DNA from: Lytechinus pictus | Taxonomy: Eukaryota | Length of the DNA: 64,000 nucleotides | NCBI RefSeq assembly: GCF_037042905.1 | Contig: NC_087249.1 | Location: forward strand, 39,556,001-39,620,000 | Direction of reading: 5' to 3' | Shown: positions 49,158 through 61,653 of the stretch, piece by piece | Layout of the letters: each line of letters starts with the position of its first letter | Numbering within the stretch: position 1 is the stretch's first letter | Program-made: the position numbers and the translations under genes | Notes under the pieces: model-generated | The model's input: only the letters and a program-made list of their open reading frames with translations | Told to the model about the DNA's origin: nothing | Database searches by the model: none

Positions 49158-50318
49158 CTGGTCTTATCAACCGAGCCATTGGATTAAGTGTGTAAACCAA
49201 GCCTTCAAGGAAGATCGACAAGGAGACATCCCATCTACATGTAATGCAAACTAGAGGAGAGACAAAGAAAAGGACAGAGACACGGTAACTGAAGAAGGAT
49301 TAGTAGATGGGAGTAAATGGATAAAGATAAAAGAGGACGGATTGGGGAGGCTGGGATGGAAGGAGATAGAGAGGGGGCTGAATACGAGAGGAGTGAAGAG
49401 AGTATAGGTCAAAAGAGAGAAAAAAAGAGGTAAGGGCGTAATACGTTTTGTGAATTGATGAAAATGGGTAGGAGGGAGGGGCAAAGGGGGACAGATTAAC
49501 TTAAGAATTCGAGAAAAAAGGGTAATAGCAATCGCATAATGAGGGATACGGTGTTGATTTGAGATCGTTTGCCGGTTTTCATGAGTCTCATAATAATGAT
49601 TGACCATTTGTAGGCCCCGTTTTGGGTGATTATGTGTGTGGGGTAGGTGTGTAAGGAGATGTGCCTACGTTTATGAGGGTATACGTGTTGCTTTGTTCGT
49701 GTATTATGTGTATATTATGTGAATAATTTTTTTCTGCTGAAGGCATATAAGATTAATAGTATGTGTGTGTGGGTGGGTGTGTGTGTGTATATATGTATAT
49801 GTATGTATATATGAATTCTAACTAAATGAGACAAAATCTGCAGTAGATATGAACACACCTAAAACGCATAGAATGGCAGAAATAGAAAAAACGTGCTTAT
49901 TAGACATGTTAGAACCTTTCATTGTCCCGAATTTTGAACTTTTAAAAGCTATTCGGCATGTTCGGAGAAGCAGGAAAGATCTAAATAGTCCTGTATAACA
50001 AGTTAGGCTGTATAACGAACCATTTAAGGTTTATGGGGTTCTTGATCATGTAAAGAACCCTATAGGTTATACAGAGAACCGTATACAAAATAGGTAGGGT
50101 TCTTTAAGCCATGAGGAATATCATGGTTGTAAAGGGTTCATTTTAGACCCCAAAACGGATCAAAAGAAACTGATTCTGACTCGGATTCTTTGAAGAACCT
50201 TGAAAGGTTCCGAATGCGGGACAAACTTCTAAAAATTTCTAAAAGAGGTTCTAAAATATCAAAGAGTGCGGGTATGAAAGAAAATGTGTGAATTTTAATA
50301 GAAAGAAAATAGAAAATC

Positions 50319-50680
50319 ACTAGAGGTGGTAAATACTCCTGCCCTGAAGAATGAGTCTTGCATGTGTTCATCCAAGACCAATGATTGAGTCAAATTTCAA
50401 GTAAACTGGTCAAAAACTGAGGAAGTAGTTCGCACCTATATTTTTACCTAATTTCAGCCATAATATTCTGTCACCATGGAAATAACATCTTCGATACCCA
50501 TGCAAAAATATGTCTTGCACATCTCCATCGCAAGATCTATGTGCGTGTAAAATTTAATGAGCACCGGTATAAACATGAGGAAGTACTTTCATCCGTAAAA
50601 AAAGTAAAAGGGCAACGGACCGACCGCCCGGCTGTACGCTGAAACATATCCCCCCATACTTACTTTGGCGGGGATATAAA
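50319..50680 (+). mobile_element. Non-autonomous Helentron-like (HINE/DINE-1-type) element
   Basis: ACTAGA start. Two ~157-bp core repeats (GTCTTGCA...AAATTT...TGAGGAAGTA at ~50355 and ~50512), a (GACC)n-like run at 50616-50630, and a terminal hairpin ATATCCCC...GGGGATAT followed by an A-run. Confidence 0.7.
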
Positions 50681-51549
50681 ATATCACTTTCAAATATATT
50701 CCCAATCAAGTATCATATCTGTCATCCACTTGTCTGATTTTTGTTATGTAATTTACATCTTTATTGTTCCCTCCCTCTTTCTTTCTACCCCCCCCCCCCA
50801 CACACGCGCGCACGCACCTCACACCCTCACCATAACCCCCACAATACAATAGTTCATATAACAAAATGCTAAGGAAGAAAGTGAGTGTTAGACACGATCT
50901 GCTCCCTCAGTTGCATAGCGCCTCATATGTGAATAGATTTTTTTTGTCAAGTGGAACGGACATAAAACAGCCAAAGCAATACAATCTTATATTACATGTT
51001 CATCCAGTTTTGATGGCATTTTCTTTGCTTCGCTTGTTTGATTTTTCTCCGTTTACTGAAATAAACCTTTCTTTTTCACAGTGAACTGGCATTGAACTTT
51101 GCCTACAAACAATGTCCTTTGAATGAAATGTGTGAATAACATGTTTCCGTTTGCACGGCATTAACATGATTAAGGAGCTTTGTTCTTTATTATCTTGCAT
51201 AATTATCATCTTCATTGATCTATTTCATAAACAAGATCAAGCCTTATGAATATTATCTTAGTTTAGCATCAAACTACAAACATTGGGCAATGCCCTTTTC
51301 TCCTGTCATAAAAAAAATGGGCACGGTCTTTGTGGCCGCCTTTGATGTTGAATTTCACCAAAGTTCTTTACCATTTTAATCTATTTAACAAAATCTTTTA
51401 CATGTTAATTCACCTCTCAGTAATTATGGTAGTACTGTTTACTTTTACGGCACACAATGCGGAAAGGAAGATATATGAATAATTCCTTGTGAATGACGGT
51501 ATTATAGATTTACATAATCAAAAGTAATCATTTAGGAAGCTCTTTTCTA

Positions 51550-51861
51550 ATGATGATTATAATATTGATAATCAGCTTTTTCATAATACTCACTACATCG
51601 GAACTTCGTCTCTTTGCGCTTTACAGATATGTCACACTATGTCGCACGTTCTCCACTCCCTGAGGAGCATTCCAACAAGATTTTCAAAACTCAATTGCTA
51701 GGCATAACACAGGGGCTTTCGCATATTACCAATTTAATACAAGCATGGGGAGTGGCAATGTGTGGATTGACGCCTTGTCAAAGGGTGCTAGGTTGCGGTT
51801 AGATTCGAACACATGGTCCTCTGATTACAAGGTCAGGGTCAGAACCGCTACACCACGACGC
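51550..51861 (-). mobile_element. Decayed tRNA-derived SINE with L2-type tail
   Basis: Reverse complement GCGTCGTGGTGTAGCGG (A box)...GTGTTCGAATC (B box)...GTAAAGCGCAAAGAGAC...ATTAT tail. Confidence 0.7.
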
Positions 51862-52717
51862 GTCGTCATAATAGCAGTTCTGACTCTTCTTCATAATGGT
51901 CCTGATGAATTCCTTTAAATGCTTACATGCAAAAGAACAAGTTAAACCGACTCGGTGTTCATGTAGAGGAGGAGGTATGTACGCAAGGGGATGTAACGTG
52001 AGAACTGCCAGGGCACTCGAATGTTCCGCAAAATTGAAGTGGCGTCGAGAGAGGGAGACATGACCGGAATCTAAATAAGGATCTTAACCTTTCAACTCGG
52101 TCTGTTCTAGATGTCTTATTGTCTAGTTTACAAGCACATTTAGCAGTTGAAATAAAGGGATAGAGAGGAAAGGGGGATGACAAGATATGGTTGACATTTT
52201 CGAATGAGGAGGAAGAGGGGTGAATTTTAAAAAGAGAGGGAAAAATAGGATTTAGAAGATATGGAGATAAGAAGATTGGTCAGGAAAAAAAGAGGAAGAT
52301 GAGTTTTAGGAAGACAGAATGATGAAGACGAGAATGTGGTGGAAAAAGAATTAGACAAAGAGAGATGGAAGAGAGATGAATGAAGAAGGTAGGAACGAGT
52401 AGATGGAGAGGATTAAGAAGAAGACAAGTTGGAAGAAAAGGGGGAGTATTTATGGTAGTGGAAGGATGGTGCAGTGAAGGGAGGACCAGGAGCAGGGGAT
52501 GGTGAGGGAGAAGGAGGAGGAGGTAGTGGTGGGAGGAAAGCAGGAGACGAGAATTTATGAACAGAAGGTTCAGCAGATTGTAAAGGCGACGAGAGTGGCG
52601 GAGTGAAGGAGAGATAATGGGTGATGTTTTTAATATCAAATGTAGTAGGGACCTCGTAGTAGTAGTAGTATTTTGATTATAGTAGTAGTACACTGTAGTA
52701 GTAGTAGTAGTAGTAGT

Positions 52718-54459
52718 CATGGGTGTCGATCACGGGGGGGGATGGGGGGATATATCCCCCCCAATATTTCAAGTGGGGGGGATGGCCTGTATTATCATCC
52801 CCCCCCCCCCCAATAATTTAGGGTAGAAAAATTATAATAATGATGATGAAAAAATGAAAAGTTTGATCATGATGATTATAGTGATGAGTATGCCATCAAT
52901 CAGTTTGTTTCCTTCGCAATTTATGTATATTGTTATTAAATAAAAACATTCTTTTTCAGGACTATTAAACAGATGGGTGGAGGTTCAAGATGAAAAAGAG
53001 TGAAATGTTTTTGTATATGATATTTTTAACACATGACATAAAAGGACCCCAACGAAAAACAACTTTTGTGGATAGGGTGTTCCATCCCACCAGTGGTGAA
53101 TAAATTGATTTTAATACATCAATGATTAATTCAAAAGGGTGGACAATAAACGGGAGTAAAAGGGTGGCAAGATAAATCGTCTAAGGAATGACCATACAGC
53201 TATTACATACAGTGATAGCTCTATGGAATGACGGTAAGCCCGATGGCGCACGAGAAGCCACACAGTTTGTCATTTGTGCTAGTCTTAATAAAATTATTGG
53301 TCCGAATCTGCATGTTATCATCATGCATTAAGAAAAAATATATTGCCAGTCGGGTTAGATTTAAGAGAGAAGTTGTATACACAGAGGCGTCGATCCGGGG
53401 GGGGGGGCGATCACCCCACCAATGAAAATATTTGGGGGGAACATATCGTTTTGCCCCCTCCCAATAATTCCGCATGTGCAACTAAAAAATAAGATTGTAA
53501 TGCTACACTGAAACCAGCAGCAAGCGAGATTGAGATTCCAACTCGATTTTGATTTAAAATCGTACTCAAAATGTCTGCTTTTCAGATTGGAATATAAAAA
53601 TTTTCAGCTCGCGCTTCGCGCTCGCATCATTTCTGTACCAAAACCCCATAGAGTGTCCCGTTTTCAGTTCTATACCTCAAAAGAACTCCCGCTTCGATTT
53701 GCAATAATTTTTTGTTGGATATATATCTTGTTCTTTATCAAAAGCGTCCATTAAACTGTCTTTTTTTCCAGATCGAAATATCAAAATTTTCAGCTGGCGC
53801 TTTGCGCTCGCATCTATTATACCCATCTTAATCATTGGTACCAAAAATGCTTAGAATATCAAGCTTTCACGTCAGAATATAAAGAAATTTTAGCTCGCTC
53901 TCTAGTGAGATACATGTATTTATGCTCCTCATGAGTTACTACAAACAAACCTACACAGGTACATTTTTCCTGTTTTCATGTCATACTAAAAAATTTCAGC
54001 TCGCGCTTCGCGCTCGCATTGTTGGTGAGGGTGGGGGGGGGGGGGGTGTAGGGGTGTGTGGATGAGTTTGTTCGTTTTGTATGATCGAGCGCCTTTGGAA
54101 CGTTGATTCATGATTTTGCCCCCCCCCCCCCAATCTGAAAAATGGATCGACGCCCCTGTGTATACATCATGCTCAATAAACAGATCACTATGCACATGGT
54201 CCAGACAATTTTTGTCATTTTTTCTTTCGTATGAGTTTAGAATAGGCGTACTTGTAACACAAATTGAATTTTCAAAAAAAAATTATATAAGTACAGTACA
54301 CTACAACAATGAAGGAATTTCCAAGAACACCATGCATATCAATTACTCCAAAATGTCCTAACTTGTGATTTTAGTGGGGGTAATGTTGAAAGATCCCCAT
54401 CCACAAGAACTTTTGTGTCAATCATCCCCCCCAACCAAGAATACCGATCGACACCCATG
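52718..54459. mobile_element. hAT-like MITE (outer element)
   Basis: Perfect 14-bp TIR CATGGGTGTCGATC / GATCGACACCCATG. Flanked by GTAGTAGT on both sides (8-bp TSD within the microsatellite). Confidence 0.9.
53382..54158. mobile_element. hAT-like MITE (inner, 777 bp) with GCGAAGC-hairpin subrepeats
   Basis: TIR CAGAGGCGTCGATCC / GGATCGACGCCCCTG (14/15). Perfect TSD TGTATACA (53374-53381, 54159-54166). Confidence 0.92.
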
Positions 54460-54540
54460 GTAGTAGTGGAAGTAGTATTAGTATTAGTAGTAATAGTTTT
54501 AGCAGTAGTAGTAGTAGTAGTAGTAGCAGTAGTCGTAGTC

Positions 54541-54592
<52 letters not shown>

Positions 54593-54657
54593 AAGTAGTA
54601 TTATTATTAGTATTAATAGTTTTAGCAGTAGTAGTAGTAGTAGTAGTAGCAGTAGTC

Positions 54658-54702
<45 letters not shown>

Positions 54703-57499
54703 ATAGTAGTAGTAGTAGTAGTATTACTATTTCACTCTGTTCTACCCCCTCGAAAGTTTTGACTCAGTATCCCACTGAGCATTGGTTTACAAATACGTGT
54801 GTGCGGGGGGAGCTTGTAGACACTACCCAACAAAAAAATAAAACTTATCTTTTACGATGCATCACACATAATTATAATCTGGAATAACATTCAATGAGCC
54901 CTGGGGCTCGTAACACAAAAGCTACGCTATCATCGTCGAATTTTTTTACAATCGATTGCATTAAATACAACGTACAATCAATCGCTAAAATCAAGCGGAC
55001 GATTAATCGCTATCCTTTGTCTCACGGGACCCAGGATAAATAGGGCATTGAAACTCTCATTGGGATAAATCAGAAATCCATTATTTCCTCACCTACCGTT
55101 ACACAACAAATATCGTGAAAACTATGCCAACAATATTTCGTCCCAAAATGCCTTGTCCATATGTTGCTACGTCAGTGTTGCCTAGGTAATATAAATTGAC
55201 ACATGAATAACTCGTGAATTACTATCTATCAATGACTGCGGGCCCGGTTCATGAACCAACATTAGATAAACTTAATGCAATCAAAATATTGGTATACCTC
55301 GGTGCATGGCCATATCGTTCGCACGTTAGTAATGCTTTTCGTTGACATGAAGCTCAAAAGCGATAGATCTACAATCATGACAATGAAGTGATTCAGCTGT
55401 GGCACTCTTCAATCCCCAACAGGCGTGGTAAAGTCCCTCTAACATTTTAGCGGTTATTCTCTAGTATTTTCTAGCATACCTATTTTACATAAGTCATGGG
55501 TGTGGATGTCGATTCTTTTTTGGGGGGCAGCCTTTGATTCTTTGTGAAAATTTGAATTGTTAATGTGTTCAAATATCTTTCGCCATTGCCGAAAATATTT
55601 GTATATTTTCTATAAGGTCCCTTGACCATTATCTAACAAATTCAGTGATTGGATATCATATGCCTACATGAAAAACACTCTAAAAAATGAGGTGCTAATT
55701 TAGCACTTAATGTCCTTGTTTAATGACTGCACTTTGAGTGCTGATTTTCTAGTTCAAAATTGAATGACTAAATCAGCAGTCACTATAAAGTACAAGGACG
55801 TAAAGTGCTAAATTAGCACTTTATTTTTAGAGTGAAGATTATCCTTAAATATTCATGAAAAATCGCAACATTCATCTAGCAAAATACATATTTATTTTAT
55901 ATTTTCAAAATCATAACTATGGAGCATATGCATTTCTATAGTAATGCATCCGAACGGTGACGCGCAATTCTTGAGGGATTTACGAAATTGTAAAATATGC
56001 CTTACATTTAATTTCAATTTAATCTTTTAAAAAAGCTTTCCATAATTCATTCTCAACATTGCCAAAGTGTCTAACACATATTAAAGATAAATTATCTAAT
56101 TAAAGCAATTAATTTGACTCAGGAATCTCTATATGTGGTGGGTTTTTTAAACTCGTACATGTATTCAATTATGGCTTATATCCACATATTATCGTCAAAA
56201 TATTGAAAGTGAACAAAATCATGTTGACTCCCATTGTATTTCATAAGAAATTCGATGTGATGTAATTTAGCAACATATGGTTTGAGGCATTGGAAAGAGC
56301 AATGGGGGACATTTATAAAACCATTGATTAGTAATGATCAAATGAACAAAAAAAAAAAAATAACAAAATACGAAGACTTTTGAAGGCATGCCTCATCATA
56401 TAAGCCGATAACTCGAGAATTTGAGTAGCAAGCTTACAAAATATGGTTTGATGCACATGCATTAAATCTTCGATTGTACTCAATGCTTTATAATGTAACA
56501 AATTTCAGTTTATCAATTCCGTAACAGACAATAGTTACCAGCGTACGTTATAAATCATAAGGATCGCTTCATATGTGCAGCTGCGTTGCACATTGTCTTG
56601 GAAACATGTTATCCCATGCCGAAACTGATATGATTATTCCGGGTTTTCCCGCGAGCAAGTATCTATTAATAGGGAAGATTCCTCGATACTTGAGATGTAC
56701 GGAGATAAACACGTGACAAGAAATTCTAGTTTGTAGCGTTTCCAAAGGCAAAGGGAAAACCTGATGGGGGACTCCGGTGCATAGCATATAGGCCTAGGCC
56801 TAGACGAGAGTATATTTCATATATTTTATCATGTTTATTGTAGGATGACGGATGGCTGCAGTTTTTGTAAGGTGACACTCTCATTGTTTATTATGCTCAT
56901 GACAATGAATTTATATTTACCCACATGACTGTAAGAAAGTAAGCTTTTATTGACTTTCTGGTACGTGAGTTGAGTTCTTTTTTCATCAACACCTCAGAAT
57001 GAGGTGTTGAATTGTTGTTTAGGTTGCCCAACCATTGTGTAGCGTGTGTGTGTGCGTGTGCGTTAGGGTATGTGGGTGGGTGTGTGTGTAACCCTTTGTA
57101 ACTGAAAAGAAAAGACGCTATATCAACATAATGACAATTGGATTGTATTGGATTGTTTCACCATAATCTTTTCAAGATTTCCTTTCCCCGTAATGTTCTT
57201 CATGATTCAAGACAAATCGCCGCAACAAAGAAAGTTTATTTACCCCCAAAAAATCAATGATTTATGTTTAATGGAACGATTATTATGGAGATGAATATAT
57301 TTTCCTACTGATTGGCGGACCCAGCATATTGAAATAGGGGAGTTTGTGTCAAAGAGCAAATTTGAAAATACACATAATAGGGGGCCCAAATGGCTACATC
57401 AATATGTATGTTCATATCTAGAATATACGTGTAGGTCTAAGTTTTTAACGATTTATTTTTAGCTGGATGGGGGAACACCAACCAGGTAGGTTTGAAGAT

Positions 57500-57805
57500 G
57501 ATAATAATTATAATAATTAAATGTTATAATTAATATATAGCGTTTAAAAATTACTTTAGCAGAAGTCTCTATCGCTCTACAGTAATACAGCATAATTACC
57601 CTGGTTTATAGCAGAACAGCTGTTGCGCACGCACTGCATTTCAAGGAATAAATATCCTACCAGGTAACTATTCACCTCACCTGGTTGAGTGCAGCACAAT
57701 GTGGGTTAATTTCTTGCTGAAGGAAAACACGCCATGGCTTGGAATCGAACCCACGTCCCTCAGATTGAAAGACGAGAGTCATAACCAGAAGACCACGGCA
57801 CCCCC
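57500..57805 (-). mobile_element. tRNA-derived CORE-like SINE (second copy, different tail)
   Basis: Reverse complement GGTGCCGTGGTCTTCTGGTTATGACTCTCGTCTTTCAATCTGAGGGACGTGGGTTCGATTCC followed by the same core as 43665. Tail GTAGAGCGATAGAGAC...AAACGCTATATA. Confidence 0.82.
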
Positions 57806-59789
57806 AAAGATATTCACTGGGTACAGAATTAATATGGTGCTGCGCGTACATCAAACCATTATAGTTCTTTTACCTTTTTATCCAAGCTATGTCATATTTT
57901 GACTGGACAATTTATTTTCGGGAAAAGCAGTGTGGGTTTAAAACAATGGTTTAAAGATTTGATCTTATCAGACAGAATCAGAAAACCGAAATGAACGATA
58001 CAGGAGGGTGACCGTCCCCCCCCCCCCCCCTCCGCTCACATGATTTTTTTTTGTCAATTAGTGAAAAGGGAGAACAAGGGAAGAAAGGGCAGAAAAGAAG
58101 GAAGAAAAAGAAGAGAGGAAAAGGGAGAGCATAGGAAAGAGAGGGACATGTGGATGCACTCTACTTCTGTAAAATACAGCGGTGTGGTAAAGGAGGGTAA
58201 CCCCCCCCCCCTGTGATTTTTTTTTCAGTAGGGAAAAGGAGAAAAGTTGCAGAAAAGGAGGAAAAAAAAGTTAGAGAGATAAAAGAAGACCATAAAGCGG
58301 TAGATGTGGAGTAATCCTTTATAGGCATATACCCCTTTTATTCAACTGAGAGAAAGAAGGGTCAACTTGCCCCCCCCCCTCCATCAATATACACCGGCGC
58401 CACCCCTGGTAGAATAAGCGCATGTATCCTTATTCATAAAAAAAACTATTTCGTCATCCTTATCGTACTACAACTTCAAATATATAGCAGAATATCTGTC
58501 GTTTTGTGCAATGAAACTTTTCGAATTTATTTCAAATTCGTGTGTTCAGTTGCCGGTACAGTTGTCAAATAATTACAAAATGGATATGTATGTAAGGATA
58601 TCAACGATATCAAACCTCAACACTGAGAAAAAAAATGCTCTCTTGCAAGGCTCGAAAGCGACAGAGCAGACATCTTCGCAAATATACGCTCGGGATCACG
58701 TTACATTATCAGACGTCAACACACACTCCAATAGAGGTTCCCGTACTTTAAACATCCATGTTGAACATAAAAGTAGATGATACTACTTAGGAGAAGAGGT
58801 GATACCTCTGAGTGGCGGATCCGTGCCCCCTCCCCCCACCCCTTTGAATAAAAAAGATGTGACAAAACAAAAGTTTGTAAAAAAATATTGACCCCTTCCC
58901 CATCCCATCCTCACGACTCAAGGGGTGTGTAATTTGAGTGATGTTTTTTTTTACTCGCCTCGTATCCCCGCTTTCTAAAACTTTCTGCTCCCACGCCCCC
59001 TCTCTCTCTCATTCCCTCTCTTTTAACTTTCCTTTTCCCTCCTAATCTGCCCCCCTTCTCTCTCTCTCTTTAGTTAGCTGTGGAAAAGTTTTAAAAAATC
59101 TTTGCTGATCGCGCTGATAATGCCCAATTAAAGTGCAAATGATATACATGAATATACGTATTTACTTTTCTATGTTTTCAGTACGTTTTCAAAGCGGATC
59201 CGTATCCAAGATCAAAGTCTCCGCTCATTGCCATTGTTGGTATAGAGCAAGATAATACAGACAAATCGATATTTTGAGATAAAAATCAGAAAAGCATGCA
59301 TTCTAATGAATTGATTTACATAGTTTAGAGTGATTTTGGAAGGTTCGTTGCATGCGAAATTTACTGTATACAAATTGGAGCCAATCATTCTCATTTCCGT
59401 TTTTCATGTAGTAGTGATTTTTGATAGGCAGGTAGCAGGTGACATTGAAAAGATTAGTTTTGTTTTCATTGCAATGTGCACTCAATGTTTCATGAAGCCG
59501 TTCGTAAGTTACGAGCGATTTTACGAACAACTGGTGATCATTTTTGGGTGGTAAAGTATGGGCACCAACAATGGTGTTGATTGAGCTCCGAAAAAAAATC
59601 ACCAGTCGTTCGTAAAATCGCTTGTAACTAACGAATGACTTAATGAAACACCAGATCATTTAGATGTTTGCCTATATTTTACTTCCTTTTCTGGTACTGT
59701 GATGGTGTCCCCCTTTTGCCTGATGAGTACAACATTAAACTCAACGATTGAACAAATATTAAAACCCTGCTAAAAAGAACAATTGTCCC

Positions 59790-60172
59790 TCAGTGTCTTA
59801 ATAGTGTGTTCAGCGCTTTACAGACTGTTCACAGTGTGTTCTTCGTGTGTTTACAGTGTGCTCACAATCTGTCCACAGTTTGTTCAGTGTGTTCAGTGTT
59901 TTTACAGTGTGTTTACTGTGTGTTCACAATGCGTCCACAGTTTGTTCAGTGTGTTTGCAGTGTTTTCAGTGTTTTCACAGTGTGTTTACTATGTGTTCAC
60001 AATGCGTCCACAGTATGTTCAGTGTGTTTGCAGTGTTTCACAGTGTTTTCACAGTGTGTCCTCAGTGTGTTCACAGTGTGTTTACTGTGTGTTCACAATG
60101 CGTCCACAGTATTTTCAGTGTGTTTGCAGTGTTTCACATTGTGTCCTCAGTGTGTTCACAATGCGTCCACAG
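59790..60172. repeat. Minisatellite, ~11-bp CAGTGTGTTCA unit with higher-order structure
   Basis: TGTGTTCACAATGCGTCCACAG recurs four times within CAGTGTGTT(T/C) variants. Confidence 0.9.
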
Positions 60173-60969
60173 TCCACTGTCGAAATTTGGTGGACTGGGA
60201 CAAACAGATCATCCGAAGATTTGCACCGCACGAACAATTGCAAATATTATGTTTTTGTTGTCCAGAGTCAAGAAATTCCGATGCTGCCCCGGTCCACCAA
60301 CTTTCGACAAAAGCCTCTCAGCTCTCCATTGTGATTTGACTTGCATTTTCGAAGGAAATGGTGCGTTGTAGAGAGTTTCCCCCGTAGTAAATGCGAAAAG
60401 TCCAGATTAATCCCCCGTAGCGCAATTCCACATCCTCAAATTTTAAAGTTTCAAATTTCAAGCTACAATTGAGATACATCGGGGATATCATTTCCGAATA
60501 TTTGTAGTTGCTGCATTTGGTTGGTACGTTTTGGAATACGGTAGATTACCTTTAAACTGGCGATCCTAATTTCAAAATAGAAATACGCATTTAAATGTAA
60601 ATCTCCGCTTCGTCGAATGAATTGATAATCCTATATAGGGAATCATTGGGGGAAATGATAAAGTCAGAAGTAGTTAAAAACGTAAGTATTATATTTTGCT
60701 ATTCTTGATCACAATTTTTATTTCAGATTCTCAAGTTTGATTCTACAATTGTTTCTTCCTTCGAATCTAAACACTTACAATTGTGCACCCATCCAACTCC
60801 ACTTTCGTGATATTAGGCTTTCCAACATTTAGGGGTCCAGTTATCTACATTTTGCACATTACGGTGTGCCTGGCATTGATGTACCCTACATATGCAAGGT
60901 GCACATTTGAACTGTTTTAACGCAAAACTTGATGCACTCTAAAAGGTGCAAACTGCAAAGGTTTAGATT

Positions 60970-61240
60970 TGGAGTATAGTGGTTACGACTCTCGTCTTTC
61001 AATCTGAGGGACGTGGGTTCGATTGCAACCCATTAGCTTTACCCACATTGTGCTGCACTCGACCCAGGTGAGGTGAATGGGTACTCGGTAGGAAGAAGTT
61101 CGCGCCCGATCAGGGTATCCGTGCTAAAGCCGTGTCAATGATAACATTATCATGTTAAGCAGGGCCCGCTGGTAGAACTGTTTTGGGGAACTGAAGTGTC
61201 TACCTTAGTAAAATATGACGCATTTATTATCATTATTATC
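60970..61240 (+). mobile_element. tRNA-derived CORE-like SINE (third copy, CR1/Crack-type tail)
   Basis: Head GACTCTCGTCTTTCAATCTGAGGGACGTGGGTTCGATT is identical to the 57.7-kb copy. Core present with a small deletion. Tail CAGGGCCCGCTGGTAGAAC...TGAAGTGTCTACC...AAAATA then (ATT)n. Confidence 0.82.
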
Positions 61241-61603
61241 AATTTGGTTGCAAACGAGACCCAAAAGAACGTTTTCAAACCTTTTGTTTCACGGAGGGTG
61301 AAATATTACACATTGATAATGCGATTGGTGTATTTAGGAAAGAAATTTGAACCCCCTTTTTATCTTATTGTGCAAGAGTAGAAGTATATAGAAGTAGAAG
61401 CCAAAATCACTGTGGCATAATGCAGTTAGTATGACAATCATAATACACGTATCCTCCTTCCAAAATCGAATCCAGTGTTTGAGGTGGGGCATGATTACCC
61501 CCGCATATTCGCTTAAGTGGATTGAAGAATGGTGTCCGCTTCGATCCCATTTACTGCCATGACAGCGGACAAGTTTTATATTCATAGATTGCTTTTTTTT
61601 CAA

Positions 61604-61653
61604 TGACGTCACAACGCCGTAACATCTATCATGCTATAGGTTGCCATGGTAAT
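61604..61653. promoter_or_regulatory. CRE plus RFX X-box pair
   Basis: TGACGTCA at 61604-61611 and GTTGCCATGGTAAT at 61640-61653. Confidence 0.4.

Larger units (their letters stand above)
52655..54727. repeat. (GTA)n microsatellite split by nested transposons
   Basis: GTA tracts at 52655-52717 and 54460-54727. The latter has a ~123-bp higher-order duplication beginning GTGGAAGTAGTATTA. Confidence 0.9.

Noticed and set aside
52140-52720. 146-aa His/Leu/Pro-rich minus ORF and similar ORFs at 49251, 45701, 39051 and 5497
   Set aside because: Translations of polypurine/polypyrimidine low-complexity tracts.
54415-54762. 115-aa poly-valine ORF
   Set aside because: Translation of the (GTA)n microsatellite.
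57730-57805. tRNA-Glu(TTC)-like sequence (other tRNA-like heads at 43665, 60970, 32060-32130, 41050 and 51790-51861)
   Set aside because: Acceptor and anticodon stems do not pair properly, and each continues into a SINE core and tail. These are SINE heads, not tRNA genes.
59181-59238. Possible internal exon YVFKADPYPRSKSPLIAIV after TTTTCAG
   Set aside because: Weak donor (GTATAG), no partner exons and no recognisable homology.
59783-60371. Three overlapping 174-183-aa Cys-rich ORFs
   Set aside because: Stop-free minisatellite open in all frames, with non-ATG starts and no domain.
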